The notes beneath the pieces are model-generated. The model saw only the letters and a program-made list of their open reading frames with translations, made no database searches and had not been told where the DNA came from. 35,790 nucleotides of DNA from a virus (Duplodnaviria; Caudoviricetes): the IMG/VR virus record IMGVR_UViG_3300031965_000096, positions 1-35,790 of that record; one strand, 5' to 3'. Positions 1-8,588 of the stretch are shown here, piece after piece. The translations under genes and the position numbers were made by a program. Within the stretch, counting starts at the first letter, position 1. Every line of letters starts with the position of its first letter.

Positions 1-154
1 GACGCCGGTGGAGATGCAGCGTCTCGCCCGCCTGTCACGAGTGAACATGTTGAAGTTCGTGGTGAACAGCCGGGTCCAGTCGATGTATGTGGACGGGTTC
101 CGGGCCCCCCGCGCCGATTCGGATGCTGATACGTGGGCTGTGTGGCAGGCGAAC
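1..154. repeat. Terminal direct repeat (circular overlap), copy 1
   Basis: 1-154 matches 35637-35790. The first 126 nt are identical, with mismatches at 127, 130 and 139. Confidence 0.97.
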
Positions 155-1195
155 GGGATGGACGCCCGCCAGATCGGAGTCCACCGTGGCGCCCTCTCCT
201 ACGGGGCCGCCTATCTCACAGTCATGCCGGGTGAACCGGTTCCGGTGATGCGTGGTGCCTCCCCGCGGAACCTGACGACCGTCTACGGCGACGACGACAC
301 GTGGCCGCTCCTCGCCTTGGAGAAACGGCGTGCCCGGTCCGGTGAGCTGTGGCGGCTGTACGACGACGAAGCCGCATACTGGGTGTGGTACCCGAAGGGT
401 TCGGACAAGCCCGAAGGCAAACCGCAGGTCGAGATCCATGATGCCGGGGTGGTGCCGGTCATCCGATATTCGGACACCAACGACCTCGACGATCCGACGA
501 CCGGGATCGTGGAACCGTTCATCCCGCTGCAGGATCAGATCAACATGACCACCTTCGGCTTGTTGGTCGCCCAGCATTTCGGTGCGTTCAAGCAGCGGTG
601 GATTATCGGCTGGCTCGCCGAGGATGAAGAGCAACGGTTGAAGGCGTCAGCGTCGGTGCTGTTCACCGTCGACGAAGACCCGAACCAGGTCCAGATTGGG
701 GAATGGTCCGAAACCGACTTGAGCGGATACATCCAGTCTCGTGAGGCCACCCTGAAGCATCTGGCGACGGTCTCACAAACCCCGGCGCATGAGCTGATCG
801 GGGAGATGGTCAACATTTCCGCCGACGCTTTGGTGGCGGCGGAAGCGTCGAAGCAGCGGGCGATCGAGGAGAACAAGCGGGTCGTTGGGGAAGCCCACGA
901 ACAGGCTTTGAACCTCGCCGGTCAAATGATCGGGGTGGAACCGGACACGGGTGCGTTTGTCCGCTGGCAGGACTCCGAAGCCCGTTCCCTCGCCCAGCTC
1001 GTCGACGCGCTCGGCAAGGCGGTGTCGCTTCTCGGTATCCCACCGCAGGCCCTGTGGGATCGGGTGGCCGACGCGATGGGCGTCTCCCAGCAGGAGGTCG
1101 AAGGGTGGCGGGCGTTGGCCCAGTCCGGGGACGCGTTCGCCGGACTCGAGCAGATGCTTCGGGAACAGTCCGAACCGGCCGAACCGGCCGCCTGA
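2..1195 (+). CDS. Portal protein (SPP1 gp6-like), 3' part; the start is at 35494 across the join (about 445 aa in total)
   Basis: Follows terL. Segments such as VWQANGMDARQ, GVVPVIRY, LQDQIN and AFKQRWIIG are typical of actinophage portals. In frame with ATG 35494. Confidence 0.92.
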   Translation, partial: TPVEMQRLARLSRVNMLKFVVNSRVQSMYVDGFRAPRADSDADTWAVWQANGMDARQIGVHRGALSYGAAYLTVMPGEPVPVMRGASPRNLTTVYGDDDTWPLLALEKRRARSGELWRLYDDEAAYWVWYPKGSDKPEGKPQVEIHDAGVVPVIRYSDTNDLDDPTTGIVEPFIPLQDQINMTTFGLLVAQHFGAFKQRWIIGWLAEDEEQRLKASASVLFTVDEDPNQVQIGEWSETDLSGYIQSREATLKHLATVSQTPAHELIGEMVNISADALVAAEASKQRAIEENKRVVGEAHEQALNLAGQMIGVEPDTGAFVRWQDSEARSLAQLVDALGKAVSLLGIPPQALWDRVADAMGVSQQEVEGWRALAQSGDAFAGLEQMLREQSEPAEPAA

Positions 1196-1803
1196 TGGCC
1201 CGCTCCGAAGCTGGCCGCCTGCTCACCATCCAGCATCGGCAACGTCAACTCCAGTTGCGTGCCGCGACGCTCCGCACCTTCACCCAACTGTGGGGCTTGT
1301 GGGACGGGCAGACGATCCGCACGTTCCCCCGGTTCGCCGAACCTGCGACGACGCTGGTACAGGACCGGTTCGGCACGTCGGCAGGGCTGGCGGTCGGCTA
1401 CTACCAGGCGCTTCGTCTCGCTGAGACCGCCGGGGGTTCACCGACCCCGCGGGTCGCGGACCCGCCGGAAACGGACAGGGTGATCGGCAGCCTCCGCGCG
1501 ACCGCGCTGGCGTCGACCCTTCGAGGACTCCGGTCGGGGTTCTCACCGCAGGCGGCGAAACAGAACGCCCTCGTCGCCGCCATGGGCAGTGCCGGCCGGA
1601 TGGTGATGCGAGGAGCCGCCGAGTCTCTCGTTCTCACCTCGGCTGCTGACCCGCGGGCGCGTGGCTGGCAGAGGGTCGCCGGGTCCGGGGCCTGTGACTT
1701 CTGCGAGATGCTCGCCGGTCGGGGACCCGTCTACTCGGAGGACACCGCCGATTTCCAATCCCACGACCACTGCGCCTGCAGCGCCGAGGTCGTCTTCAAC
1801 TGA
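1195..1803 (+). CDS. Capsid maturation protease / MuF-like head morphogenesis protein
   Basis: TGATG overlap with the portal. C-terminal GWQRV..ACDFCEMLAGRGPVY...FQSHDHCACS motif; lies between portal and scaffold. Confidence 0.8.
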   Translation: MARSEAGRLLTIQHRQRQLQLRAATLRTFTQLWGLWDGQTIRTFPRFAEPATTLVQDRFGTSAGLAVGYYQALRLAETAGGSPTPRVADPPETDRVIGSLRATALASTLRGLRSGFSPQAAKQNALVAAMGSAGRMVMRGAAESLVLTSAADPRARGWQRVAGSGACDFCEMLAGRGPVYSEDTADFQSHDHCACSAEVVFN

Positions 1804-1815
1804 AGGGGGGAATCC

Positions 1816-1926
1816 GTGATCCTCAGATGGCTAAGGGGCACGCTCTGCCGTTGGTTCGGAACCCACCTCGAGGTCCGGAAGGCGTCGTGGGCTCGATGCC
1901 CGGCCTGCTGGATTCGACTCTCATAG
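1816..1926 (+). CDS. Small Cys/His protein, 36 aa (LCRWFGTH...RCPAC; DUF1660-like)
   Basis: GTG 1816 with a G-rich RBS and TAG 1924-1926. Below the ORF-track size cutoff. Confidence 0.55.
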   Translation: MILRWLRGTLCRWFGTHLEVRKASWARCPACWIRLS

Positions 1927-1996
1927 CGCGGTGGCTGCTGGTAGCCCGCACGGATTCATAACCCGTGTCCCGTCCGTTCGATTCGGACCCGCGCAA
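1925..1996 (+). tRNA. tRNA-Met(CAT), initiator-like, with a divergent D arm
   Basis: Acceptor GCGCGG/CCGCGC with an unpaired 1:72 position; anticodon loop TTCATAA (CAT 1957-1959); perfect T arm GTCCG-TTCGATT-CGGAC; no encoded CCA. Confidence 0.72.
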
Positions 1997-2035
1997 CGAC
2001 ACCTATCGCAGCGATTGCGAGAAAGGAAGGCCGCG

Positions 2036-2575
2036 ATGGCCGATAAGAAACCGGACCCCAAGCCCGACCCGAAGCCAGACGACGATCTGGGAGACGCCGG
2101 GAAGAAGGCCCTGGACGCCGAGAGGAAGGCACGGCGCGACGCCGAGAACGCCTTGAAAGCCGCAGAGCAGGAACTCGCTGACCTGAAGGTCGACTCCGAC
2201 ACCACCAAGTCCGAGATGGACAAGGTGACGGCGAAGATCGACGGCTTGGAGAAGCGGGCCGCCGAGGCGGAACGGAAAGCGCTGGTCGCCGAAGTGGCCC
2301 AGGCGAAGAAACTGCCGGCAGCGATTGCGGGCCGTCTCACCGGCTCCACGAAAGAGGAGCTGGAGTCCGATGCCGATGAGCTGATCGAGGCGCTCGGCCT
2401 GGACACCGATGACGAAGACGACGACGGGTCTGCGACAGACTCGAAGACGGCACCCAAGCCGAAGCCTCCGTCACGTCCAAAGGAGAAGCTCCGTTCTGGC
2501 GCGTCCAACGACGACGACACGGACGAGACCGATCCGCTCAAACTGGCCGAGAGCATCGGCCGTATCAACGGCTGA
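2036..2575 (+). CDS. Capsid scaffolding protein
   Basis: RBS GAAAGGAAGG. LGDAGKKALDAERKARRDAE coiled coil and RLTGSTKEELESDADEL; immediately upstream of the capsid gene. Confidence 0.88.
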   Translation: MADKKPDPKPDPKPDDDLGDAGKKALDAERKARRDAENALKAAEQELADLKVDSDTTKSEMDKVTAKIDGLEKRAAEAERKALVAEVAQAKKLPAAIAGRLTGSTKEELESDADELIEALGLDTDDEDDDGSATDSKTAPKPKPPSRPKEKLRSGASNDDDTDETDPLKLAESIGRING

Positions 2576-2617
2576 CCCGCGTCCGCGGGCAGCCCACCGA
2601 CACAGAGGAGGCCCTAA

Positions 2618-3544
2618 ATGGCCAATGCATTCCTGACCCCGTCGGTGATCGCCCGCGCAATCCTCGCCGTCCTGCGGCGTGAGACTGTCCTCCCCAACCT
2701 GGTGTTCCGCGACGCGGAAGCCGAGTTCCGGGGGAAGATCGGCGACACCGTCACTGTCCGACTCGGCGCGTTCGTCGCGGCCCGGACCCGTACCTTCGGC
2801 GTCACCTCGTCGATCAGCACCGACGAGGCGATCGAGTTCGCCGTCCCGGTGCAGCTCGTCACCGATGTCTACTCGGCTATTCCTGTCACGGACGCCGAGC
2901 TGACCATGAGCGTGGAGAGCCTGGTCCGCCAAGTGATCGCGCCTCAGCTGGCCGGGGTGGTCGAAAAGCTGGAAGACAGCCTGGCCACCACGATCACCGG
3001 CGCCACCTACCCGGCCGGAGGCGACCTGACCTGGGACGAGTCGGACCCGTTCCAGAACCTGGTCGACCTGAACAAGGCGCTCAACGACAACGACGTGCCC
3101 CGTGCGGGCCGTCGTCTGGTCGTCGGGTCGGCCATCGAGGCGAACCTGCTGATCGACGATCGGATCACGTCGGCGAACGTGGCCGGGCCCGACGCCCTGC
3201 CCGCCCTGCGCGACGCGATGATCGCACGGCGTCTCGGGTTCGACATCTTCGGGTCGAACGCTCTGGCCGAAGACGAGAGCTACGCCTTCCATCGGACGGC
3301 GTTCATCCTCGCCTCCCGGGCGCCTCAGGTGCCCGCTTCGGTGCAGGTCGGGTCATCCCAGACCCTGGAGACTCTGGCGGTCAGGCTGATCCAGGACTAC
3401 GACTCCGACACGCTGCAAGACCGGTCGGTCATCAACTCCTACATCGGCACTGCCGTTGTGGAGGAGCCGGACGACCCGACCGACGAGTCGGAGGCCGACT
3501 TCACGCTGAAGCGTGCGGTGAAGGCTTCGATCGCCAGCTCCTGA
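2618..3544 (+). CDS. Major capsid protein (HK97 fold, P22-coat-like family)
   Basis: MANAFLTPSVIA..., GDTVTVR, VPRAGRRLVV, AFHRTAFILASR; strong GAGGAGG RBS; position in the head module. Confidence 0.92.
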   Translation: MANAFLTPSVIARAILAVLRRETVLPNLVFRDAEAEFRGKIGDTVTVRLGAFVAARTRTFGVTSSISTDEAIEFAVPVQLVTDVYSAIPVTDAELTMSVESLVRQVIAPQLAGVVEKLEDSLATTITGATYPAGGDLTWDESDPFQNLVDLNKALNDNDVPRAGRRLVVGSAIEANLLIDDRITSANVAGPDALPALRDAMIARRLGFDIFGSNALAEDESYAFHRTAFILASRAPQVPASVQVGSSQTLETLAVRLIQDYDSDTLQDRSVINSYIGTAVVEEPDDPTDESEADFTLKRAVKASIASS

Positions 3545-3550
3545 GCTGAC

Positions 3551-3578
3551 TGAGAGGGGGGATTGCTCCCCCCTCTCA
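3551..3578 (+). terminator. Perfect 12-bp hairpin after the capsid gene (terminator or mRNA stabiliser)
   Basis: TGAGAGGGGGGA-TTGC-TCCCCCCTCTCA; no U tract. Confidence 0.7.
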
Positions 3579-3624
3579 CCGTCTCACAACGTACGTTGAG
3601 CTGTAGAGCTTCTTTGGAGGTGCC

Positions 3625-4050
3625 ATGCGGGTGCTTGTCTTCGGAGCTTTCGACCTGCTCCACCTCGGCCACATCCGCTTTCTGAAATGGTGCGCCCGAC
3701 TCGGAGAAGTCCACGTGGGGCTGGCCACCGACGAGCTGGTAGCCGACTACAAGCGGCAGCCGATCCAGTCTTACGAGATGAGGAAGGCGGCCCTGATAGA
3801 GCTGCCCTGGGTCCATCAGGTGCTGCGGAAGACATGCCATGACGCCAAGCCGCTGATCCGCCAGGTGGACCCGCAACTGATTGTCGCCGGGTCCGACTGG
3901 TACGACTCGGAGCTGTTGGGCGGATATCTGGCCAGCATCCAAACCGGCATCGGATATCTGGAAGACCATGACATTGGGCTCGTCTTCTACCCGAACGACC
4001 GGCTTATTTCTACCACCAAGATCCTGGAGGCAGTACGTGAACGTCTTTGA
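3625..4050 (+). CDS. Cytidylyltransferase (TagD / glycerol-3-phosphate CTase-like)
   Basis: GAFDLLHLGH (HxGH motif), VGLATDE, GSDW and ISTTKI motifs. Confidence 0.88.
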   Translation: MRVLVFGAFDLLHLGHIRFLKWCARLGEVHVGLATDELVADYKRQPIQSYEMRKAALIELPWVHQVLRKTCHDAKPLIRQVDPQLIVAGSDWYDSELLGGYLASIQTGIGYLEDHDIGLVFYPNDRLISTTKILEAVRERL

Positions 4051-4660
4051 GAACTTCCCCCAAGTGGTCGAGAAGACCGGCCTCCATCTCGACCATGTGG
4101 TCCACGTGGGGGCGCACAAGGGCCAGGAGATGGAGTTCTACAAGGCGGCGGGCATCACCCGGTTCACTCTGGTCGAGCCTAATCCCGACCTGGCCGAAGC
4201 TCTCCGGACCAACTTCGGGGAAGCCCGGGTGGTCGAAGCCGCCTGCGGACCTGCCGGGGATGGCGTGCTGTCGGTCAACCGGATCGACTCGTCGTCCACT
4301 CTTGCCGAACCCCACCCTGACGACAAGATCGTCGGCCAGGTTCCGGTCAGAGTGCTCCCGCTTCGAAACGTCGCCGGAGATGCCGACTGCGCGGTCGTCG
4401 ACGCTCAAGGCCTCGAACTGGAAGTGTTGCAGACCGCCGACCTGGCACAGTTCAAGATGGTCATCTGCGAGACCTGCACCGTGCGGGACCAGACCATGGC
4501 GTCGTATTACGACGATGTCGTGGCGTTCATGGTTTCGGAGGGTTTTCGAGAGTTCTGCTATTGGGTCCGAAGCTATCAGGCGATAGCCAGATATGTGCGG
4601 GAGGTGGACCAGGGTTCACCCGACGACGAGATACGCGATGTCGTCTTCATCCGAGCCTGA
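4037..4660 (+). CDS. FkbM-family SAM-dependent methyltransferase
   Basis: VHVGAHKGQE, VEPNP and VDAQGLELEVL motifs; GTG 4037 with GGAGG RBS. Confidence 0.82.
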   Translation: MNVFENFPQVVEKTGLHLDHVVHVGAHKGQEMEFYKAAGITRFTLVEPNPDLAEALRTNFGEARVVEAACGPAGDGVLSVNRIDSSSTLAEPHPDDKIVGQVPVRVLPLRNVAGDADCAVVDAQGLELEVLQTADLAQFKMVICETCTVRDQTMASYYDDVVAFMVSEGFREFCYWVRSYQAIARYVREVDQGSPDDEIRDVVFIRA

Positions 4661-5543
4661 CGTCGTTTTCGCTCTGGGGCCGAGAGTCGGTCGGGTCGAG
4701 CTCCAATACGCCCTCCGGTCTCTGTCCAACCTTGCCCACGGGCGGGTCTGGCTGATAGGCGGGAATCCGGGATGGGTGGTCAACACGACCCACGTCCGGT
4801 TCCACGACGGGTCGGACAAGTGGAAGAACATCGCCAACAAGTGGCGGATGCTCCCCTCCCTCGAAGCCCTGTCCGAACGGTTCGTCTACACCGAAGACGA
4901 CTATTTCATTCTCGAGCCGGTAGAAGAGCTTTCCGCCTTCGTCCATCCGATGGGCCTGGATGCCCGGGTCAAACACTACAGGCGTTCGAGGAGCGGGGTG
5001 GGCGGCTGGCTGCTGGAGGCCCGCAACGCTCTCGCCGCCGGCGGGTATCACGACTGCCCGTCCTTCGAGGTTCATGTCCCGATGCTGGTCGAGAAGAGCC
5101 GGATACCGCTCCACCTCTATGCGGGCCGGTCGATGTCGTGGCGTTCCCCCGTCGGGGCGACCAGCGGACGAGAGCCGGTGTTGATGGCCCGGGACGTGAA
5201 GGTGACCAAGGCTGAAGCCCTACCGGGTGCGGTGGCCACCGGCTTTCTCTCGTCGAGCGAATCCACCTTCAAGCGTTGTGGAGCCCAGGCGCTGTTACAC
5301 GGTCTCTTCCCCGACCCCTGCCGATACGAGAAGGAGTACTACATGGACGCTTCCGAGATGCTGCCAGAGTCCTCTGAGTACGGGGCTATCTATTCAGACC
5401 AGGAGGATTCTCGGCCTCCGAATCGGACCATTTCGGTCCGTGAGGTGGTTGCGCGTCGTCACCGACTGAACAAGCCGAATCTGGTGAAGTTGGCATCCGG
5501 GCAGTGGGTGCCGGAGAGCGGAGTGTTCATCAATGAGTCGTGA
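4638..5543 (+). CDS. Stealth-like sugar-phosphate transferase / glycosyltransferase
   Basis: ELQYALRSL...P.W...LSERFVYTEDDYF resembles Stealth conserved region 2; FPDPCRYEK resembles the Stealth C-terminal motif. Confidence 0.68.
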   Translation: MSSSSEPDVVFALGPRVGRVELQYALRSLSNLAHGRVWLIGGNPGWVVNTTHVRFHDGSDKWKNIANKWRMLPSLEALSERFVYTEDDYFILEPVEELSAFVHPMGLDARVKHYRRSRSGVGGWLLEARNALAAGGYHDCPSFEVHVPMLVEKSRIPLHLYAGRSMSWRSPVGATSGREPVLMARDVKVTKAEALPGAVATGFLSSSESTFKRCGAQALLHGLFPDPCRYEKEYYMDASEMLPESSEYGAIYSDQEDSRPPNRTISVREVVARRHRLNKPNLVKLASGQWVPESGVFINES

Positions 5544-5733
5544 AGTCGTCGTCGACTGGTGGGACATGCACCCCTGCCCTGTCCCTGAATGGAAGTGCAA
5601 ACTCGACCACACACCCGACATGGTGAAAGCGCGGCTGTGCGAGGTCTGCGACAAGCCGTTCGTTCCGAAGCATTGGGAGGATCGGTACAACGTCTGCCAG
5701 CTTTGTCACTACGGATCCGAACGTGCCGTCTGA
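5533..5733 (+). CDS. Small Cys-rich (CxxC) hypothetical protein
   Basis: Overlaps the upstream stop; CEVC and CQLC pairs. Confidence 0.6.
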   Translation: MSREVVVDWWDMHPCPVPEWKCKLDHTPDMVKARLCEVCDKPFVPKHWEDRYNVCQLCHYGSERAV

Positions 5734-5829
5734 TGTGCGGGTGCCGGGTGGCGCGCACCGGCTAAGTGGACCGGGGACTAGCGCCCCCGATTTTAGGAAA
5801 CAGCCCGCACCATGAAGAGTGGAGGCACC

Positions 5830-6105
5830 ATGTCGGCCAGACAGTGGAAACAGAGACGTGTCAGACGAAACAAGCCGAACCGCGTACAGCTTGTAACCGG
5901 TGAATGGGTGGAAGAGACCGAACTGGATACGACCGACTTCAATGACCCAGTCGACTCCGAGGTCGACACGTCGACCCTCGTCGATGAAACCTCGGACGAG
6001 TTCGATACCACCACGATCGGGGATTCCCTGGTATGCGACTGTGGGTTCGTCGCCAAGACGGCGGGCGGGCTCACAACCCATCAGCGGTCCCACAAGGAGG
6101 AGTGA
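5830..6105 (+). CDS. Small protein with an acidic linker and C-terminal C2H2-like zinc finger
   Basis: GGAGG RBS before ATG 5830; CDCGFVAKTAGGLTTHQRSH. Confidence 0.72.
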   Translation: MSARQWKQRRVRRNKPNRVQLVTGEWVEETELDTTDFNDPVDSEVDTSTLVDETSDEFDTTTIGDSLVCDCGFVAKTAGGLTTHQRSHKEE

Positions 6106-6305
6106 TGCCGTCGCTTGAGGTGAAGATCGACACACGCATCCCCTTCAGAACGAAAGCTCGCATGAAGGTCGGGTGGCTGACCGCCCGGCTCGGTCTGCTC
6201 ACCCTCACGTCTCGTCTGGTGCGCCGGCTGGCGGTCGACTATCGGATCGGGCGTGGCGAGTGGCGGCGGCGGTGGGTGGAAACGGAGATGACGTGGCGCT
6301 CCTGA
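6105..6305 (+). CDS. Hypothetical basic protein
   Basis: TGATG coupling and AAGGAGG RBS. Confidence 0.6.
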   Translation: MPSLEVKIDTRIPFRTKARMKVGWLTARLGLLTLTSRLVRRLAVDYRIGRGEWRRRWVETEMTWRS

Positions 6306-6715
6306 CGGTCGCCGAGCTCGAAGCCAGATACGGGTCGGTCGACGAGACGAAGGCGGAGGCCCACATCGATGACGTGTCCGCCGAAGTCGTCGACTATGTG
6401 ACGATCCTCGACACCGACGCTGACGATCTGATCAGCCCGGAGGACTGGGACGACGAGACAGTCCCGGCCGCGATCAAAGGGGTTGTCGCACGAGTCGTGA
6501 ACCGTGCCCTCACCAACCCTCTCGCCCGCACCGGGGAACAGCTGGGCGATCACAACTGGCAGGCGCCGATGGCCGCCTCCGGTGGCACCCTCGGCCCGAA
6601 GGACCGTCGGATCATCCGCCGTGCCGTCGGCCGTCTCGGAGTTTCCACGGTCGGTCTCACCGGCTACCTGCCTGTCGAACCGCGCATCTCAGACGAAGAC
6701 GACCTGGTGCTGTGA
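6293..6715 (+). CDS. Head-to-tail adaptor
   Basis: LLTVAELEARY...AEAHIDDVSA...VPAAIKGVVARVVNRALTNP...EQLGD, typical of actinophage adaptors. Confidence 0.82.
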   Translation: MALLTVAELEARYGSVDETKAEAHIDDVSAEVVDYVTILDTDADDLISPEDWDDETVPAAIKGVVARVVNRALTNPLARTGEQLGDHNWQAPMAASGGTLGPKDRRIIRRAVGRLGVSTVGLTGYLPVEPRISDEDDLVL

Positions 6716-6963
6716 TGAACGATCCTGTGCTCGAAGCGGTCGACAAGCTCAGGGCAGAGATCGCAGCCGAATCAGGTGACGCCGCCTCAGTCACTACCCG
6801 CGCGCTGATAGTGGCGGAGTTCATGGAGGCCGACGGGGCTCGGAGGCTGCACATCATCCGCGACGAACGTATCCAGAACTGGGACATTCGCGGGATGCTC
6901 CATGAGGTCATCGCAGACTTGGACGCCTTCGACATCGTGGGTGTGCTGGCGGAGGAGGACTGA
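6715..6963 (+). CDS. Hypothetical protein in the neck region
   Basis: Coupled to the upstream stop; the ORF fills the gap between adaptor and stopper. Confidence 0.7.
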   Translation: MNDPVLEAVDKLRAEIAAESGDAASVTTRALIVAEFMEADGARRLHIIRDERIQNWDIRGMLHEVIADLDAFDIVGVLAEED

Positions 6964-6964
6964 A

Positions 6965-7330
6965 TTGTCTGCCGTCACCCATTGGCTCAACACCGAGCTG
7001 CACGTCTGGCGGGCGTCGCTCGTCGCTGATGGGTCGGGCGGGTTCACCGAGACTCTCGTGGATCAGGCGGTCAACCCCACTCCGAAGTTCAAGGTGGATC
7101 AGTCGTCCGCCGCCGAACAGCAGGTGGCGCAGCAGGACGGAGCCAGCCACACCCACAACATCTTTGCCGAACCCGACGCGGATGTGGAGAGGGGTGATTG
7201 GCTCGCCCCGTCCGGTGTCGACCCGAACGACCTGACCGCAGGGGAGACGGCGTATCAGGTGATCTCCACCACCCAGCCGTCCACGCCCCGCTACCTGAAG
7301 TGCGCCGCCGAGAGAATCGAAGTGGCATGA
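6965..7330 (+). CDS. Head-tail stopper / joining protein (SPP1 gp16-like)
   Basis: TTG start after GGAGGAGG; DGSGG, THNIF..DADVERGD, YQV motifs. Confidence 0.78.
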   Translation: MSAVTHWLNTELHVWRASLVADGSGGFTETLVDQAVNPTPKFKVDQSSAAEQQVAQQDGASHTHNIFAEPDADVERGDWLAPSGVDPNDLTAGETAYQVISTTQPSTPRYLKCAAERIEVA

Positions 7331-7668
7331 ACATCAGCATCGAAGGCATCCCCGAACTGGAGAAGGCGCTCGCCGACAAGACGTCGGAGATGCACGGTCA
7401 GCTGGTCGAAGCGGTCGAAGAGGCCGCCCGGGCGGTCCGGGACGACGCCCGCCAGCTCGTCCCCCGCGACACCGGAGCCCTCCACGACGGGATCGGATAC
7501 ACGACCGACGGGCCCACAGCCGAGATCGGGGTCCTAGACCCGACTCTCCACTACGGGGCGTCCGTCGAGTTCGGCACGTCGAAGATGCCTGCCCGGCCGT
7601 TCATGGCCCCGGCCGGCGACCTCGAACGGGCCCGATTCGTGAAACGACTGAAAGACGCGGTCCGATGA
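7327..7668 (+). CDS. HK97 gp10-family neck/tail component
   Basis: PRDTGALHDGI and YGASVEFGTSKMPARPFMAPA motifs. Confidence 0.9.
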   Translation: MNISIEGIPELEKALADKTSEMHGQLVEAVEEAARAVRDDARQLVPRDTGALHDGIGYTTDGPTAEIGVLDPTLHYGASVEFGTSKMPARPFMAPAGDLERARFVKRLKDAVR

Positions 7669-8096
7669 CCGCCCAAACACCGGTCGGGCTGATCCAGACA
7701 GCCATCTACACGCTCCTCGACGCCGATGTCGACGAGTCGGGCGCAGGCACACTCGGAGCACTCGGTGTCGAAGGAGTCTTCGACCATGTGCCCGAAGGGA
7801 CACCCAAACCGTATGTGGTGGTCGGTGAAGCCTACGAGACGCCCCGGAACTCACATTCGGAGCATGGCCGCCGCACCGTCCACACCATCCACGTCTGGTC
7901 CGATCATCGCGGGTACTCCGAAGCGACCGGCATCTGTGACGTCATCATCGCCTTGTTGGATCATCAGCCGATGACCCTCGCCGGATTCAACACCGTGTCG
8001 GTTCGGTTCGAGTTCCTCCAGCTGGCCCCCGACCCTGATCCGGACGTCCGGCATGCGCTGGTCCGGTTCGTCGTCACTACAGAACAAACCTCCTAG
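7665..8096 (+). CDS. Tail terminator / completion protein (DUF3168-like)
   Basis: VFDHVPEGTPKPYVVVGE, TIHVWS and RHALVRF motifs. Confidence 0.85.
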   Translation: MTAQTPVGLIQTAIYTLLDADVDESGAGTLGALGVEGVFDHVPEGTPKPYVVVGEAYETPRNSHSEHGRRTVHTIHVWSDHRGYSEATGICDVIIALLDHQPMTLAGFNTVSVRFEFLQLAPDPDPDVRHALVRFVVTTEQTS

Positions 8097-8119
8097 CGCC
8101 ATCTCGGCACCCAACTCGA

Positions 8120-8142
8120 AAGCCCCCGAAGTCCGGGGGCTT
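8120..8142 (+). promoter_or_regulatory. 9-bp GC hairpin upstream of the major tail gene
   Basis: AAGCCCCCG-AAGTC-CGGGGGCTT. Confidence 0.5.
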
Positions 8143-8168
8143 CCTCGCGTCACGAAGGAGAAGAGACA

Positions 8169-8588
8169 ATGTCCGGCAAAGACGGATTCGGTATCGCGCT
8201 GCTTCGCAGCGACATGGAATCATCCCCCACGTTTACCGAGCTGGCGGGGATCACCAACTTCAACAACGAGGCATCCCGGGACGTCCACGATGTGACCGCC
8301 CACGATTCGCCCAACAAGTCTCGGGAGAAGCTCGGCGGGCTCATCGACTGGGGCTCGTTGGACATTGACGTCAACTACGACCCGGAAGTCCACGACATCT
8401 GGGTCGACGATCTCGAAGATGTGGACCCCAGGGACTACCAGATCGAGTTCCCGGACGGCACGGTCCGTGAGATGACAGCCATCCTCAGCTCGTTCTCATG
8501 GGATGGCCCGTTCGACGACAAGATGACCGGCTCCGCGTCGTTCGACATCACCGGCAAGCCGACCATCACGCCTGTTGGCTCCTCATGA
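8169..8588 (+). CDS. Major tail tube protein
   Basis: DVTAHDS..REKLGGLIDWGSL and SFDITGKP motifs; AAGGAG RBS. Confidence 0.9.
   Translation: MSGKDGFGIALLRSDMESSPTFTELAGITNFNNEASRDVHDVTAHDSPNKSREKLGGLIDWGSLDIDVNYDPEVHDIWVDDLEDVDPRDYQIEFPDGTVREMTAILSSFSWDGPFDDKMTGSASFDITGKPTITPVGSS

Noticed and set aside
1931-2035. N-terminal extension of the scaffold ORF as given in the ORF track
   Set aside because: It overlaps the tRNA-like gene, and the strong RBS supports ATG 2036.
4116-4133. Self-target of array unit 4 (ACAAGGGCCA matches spacer A; adjacent bases match spacer B at 6/9)
   Set aside because: A 9-10 nt match is plausible by chance in 36 kb of GC-rich DNA, and the B half is imperfect. A systematic search is needed.
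5729-5801. Hammerhead ribozyme (CTGATG...GAAAC)
   Set aside because: The core reads CTGATGT rather than CTGANGA, and the stems do not fit the hammerhead topology.
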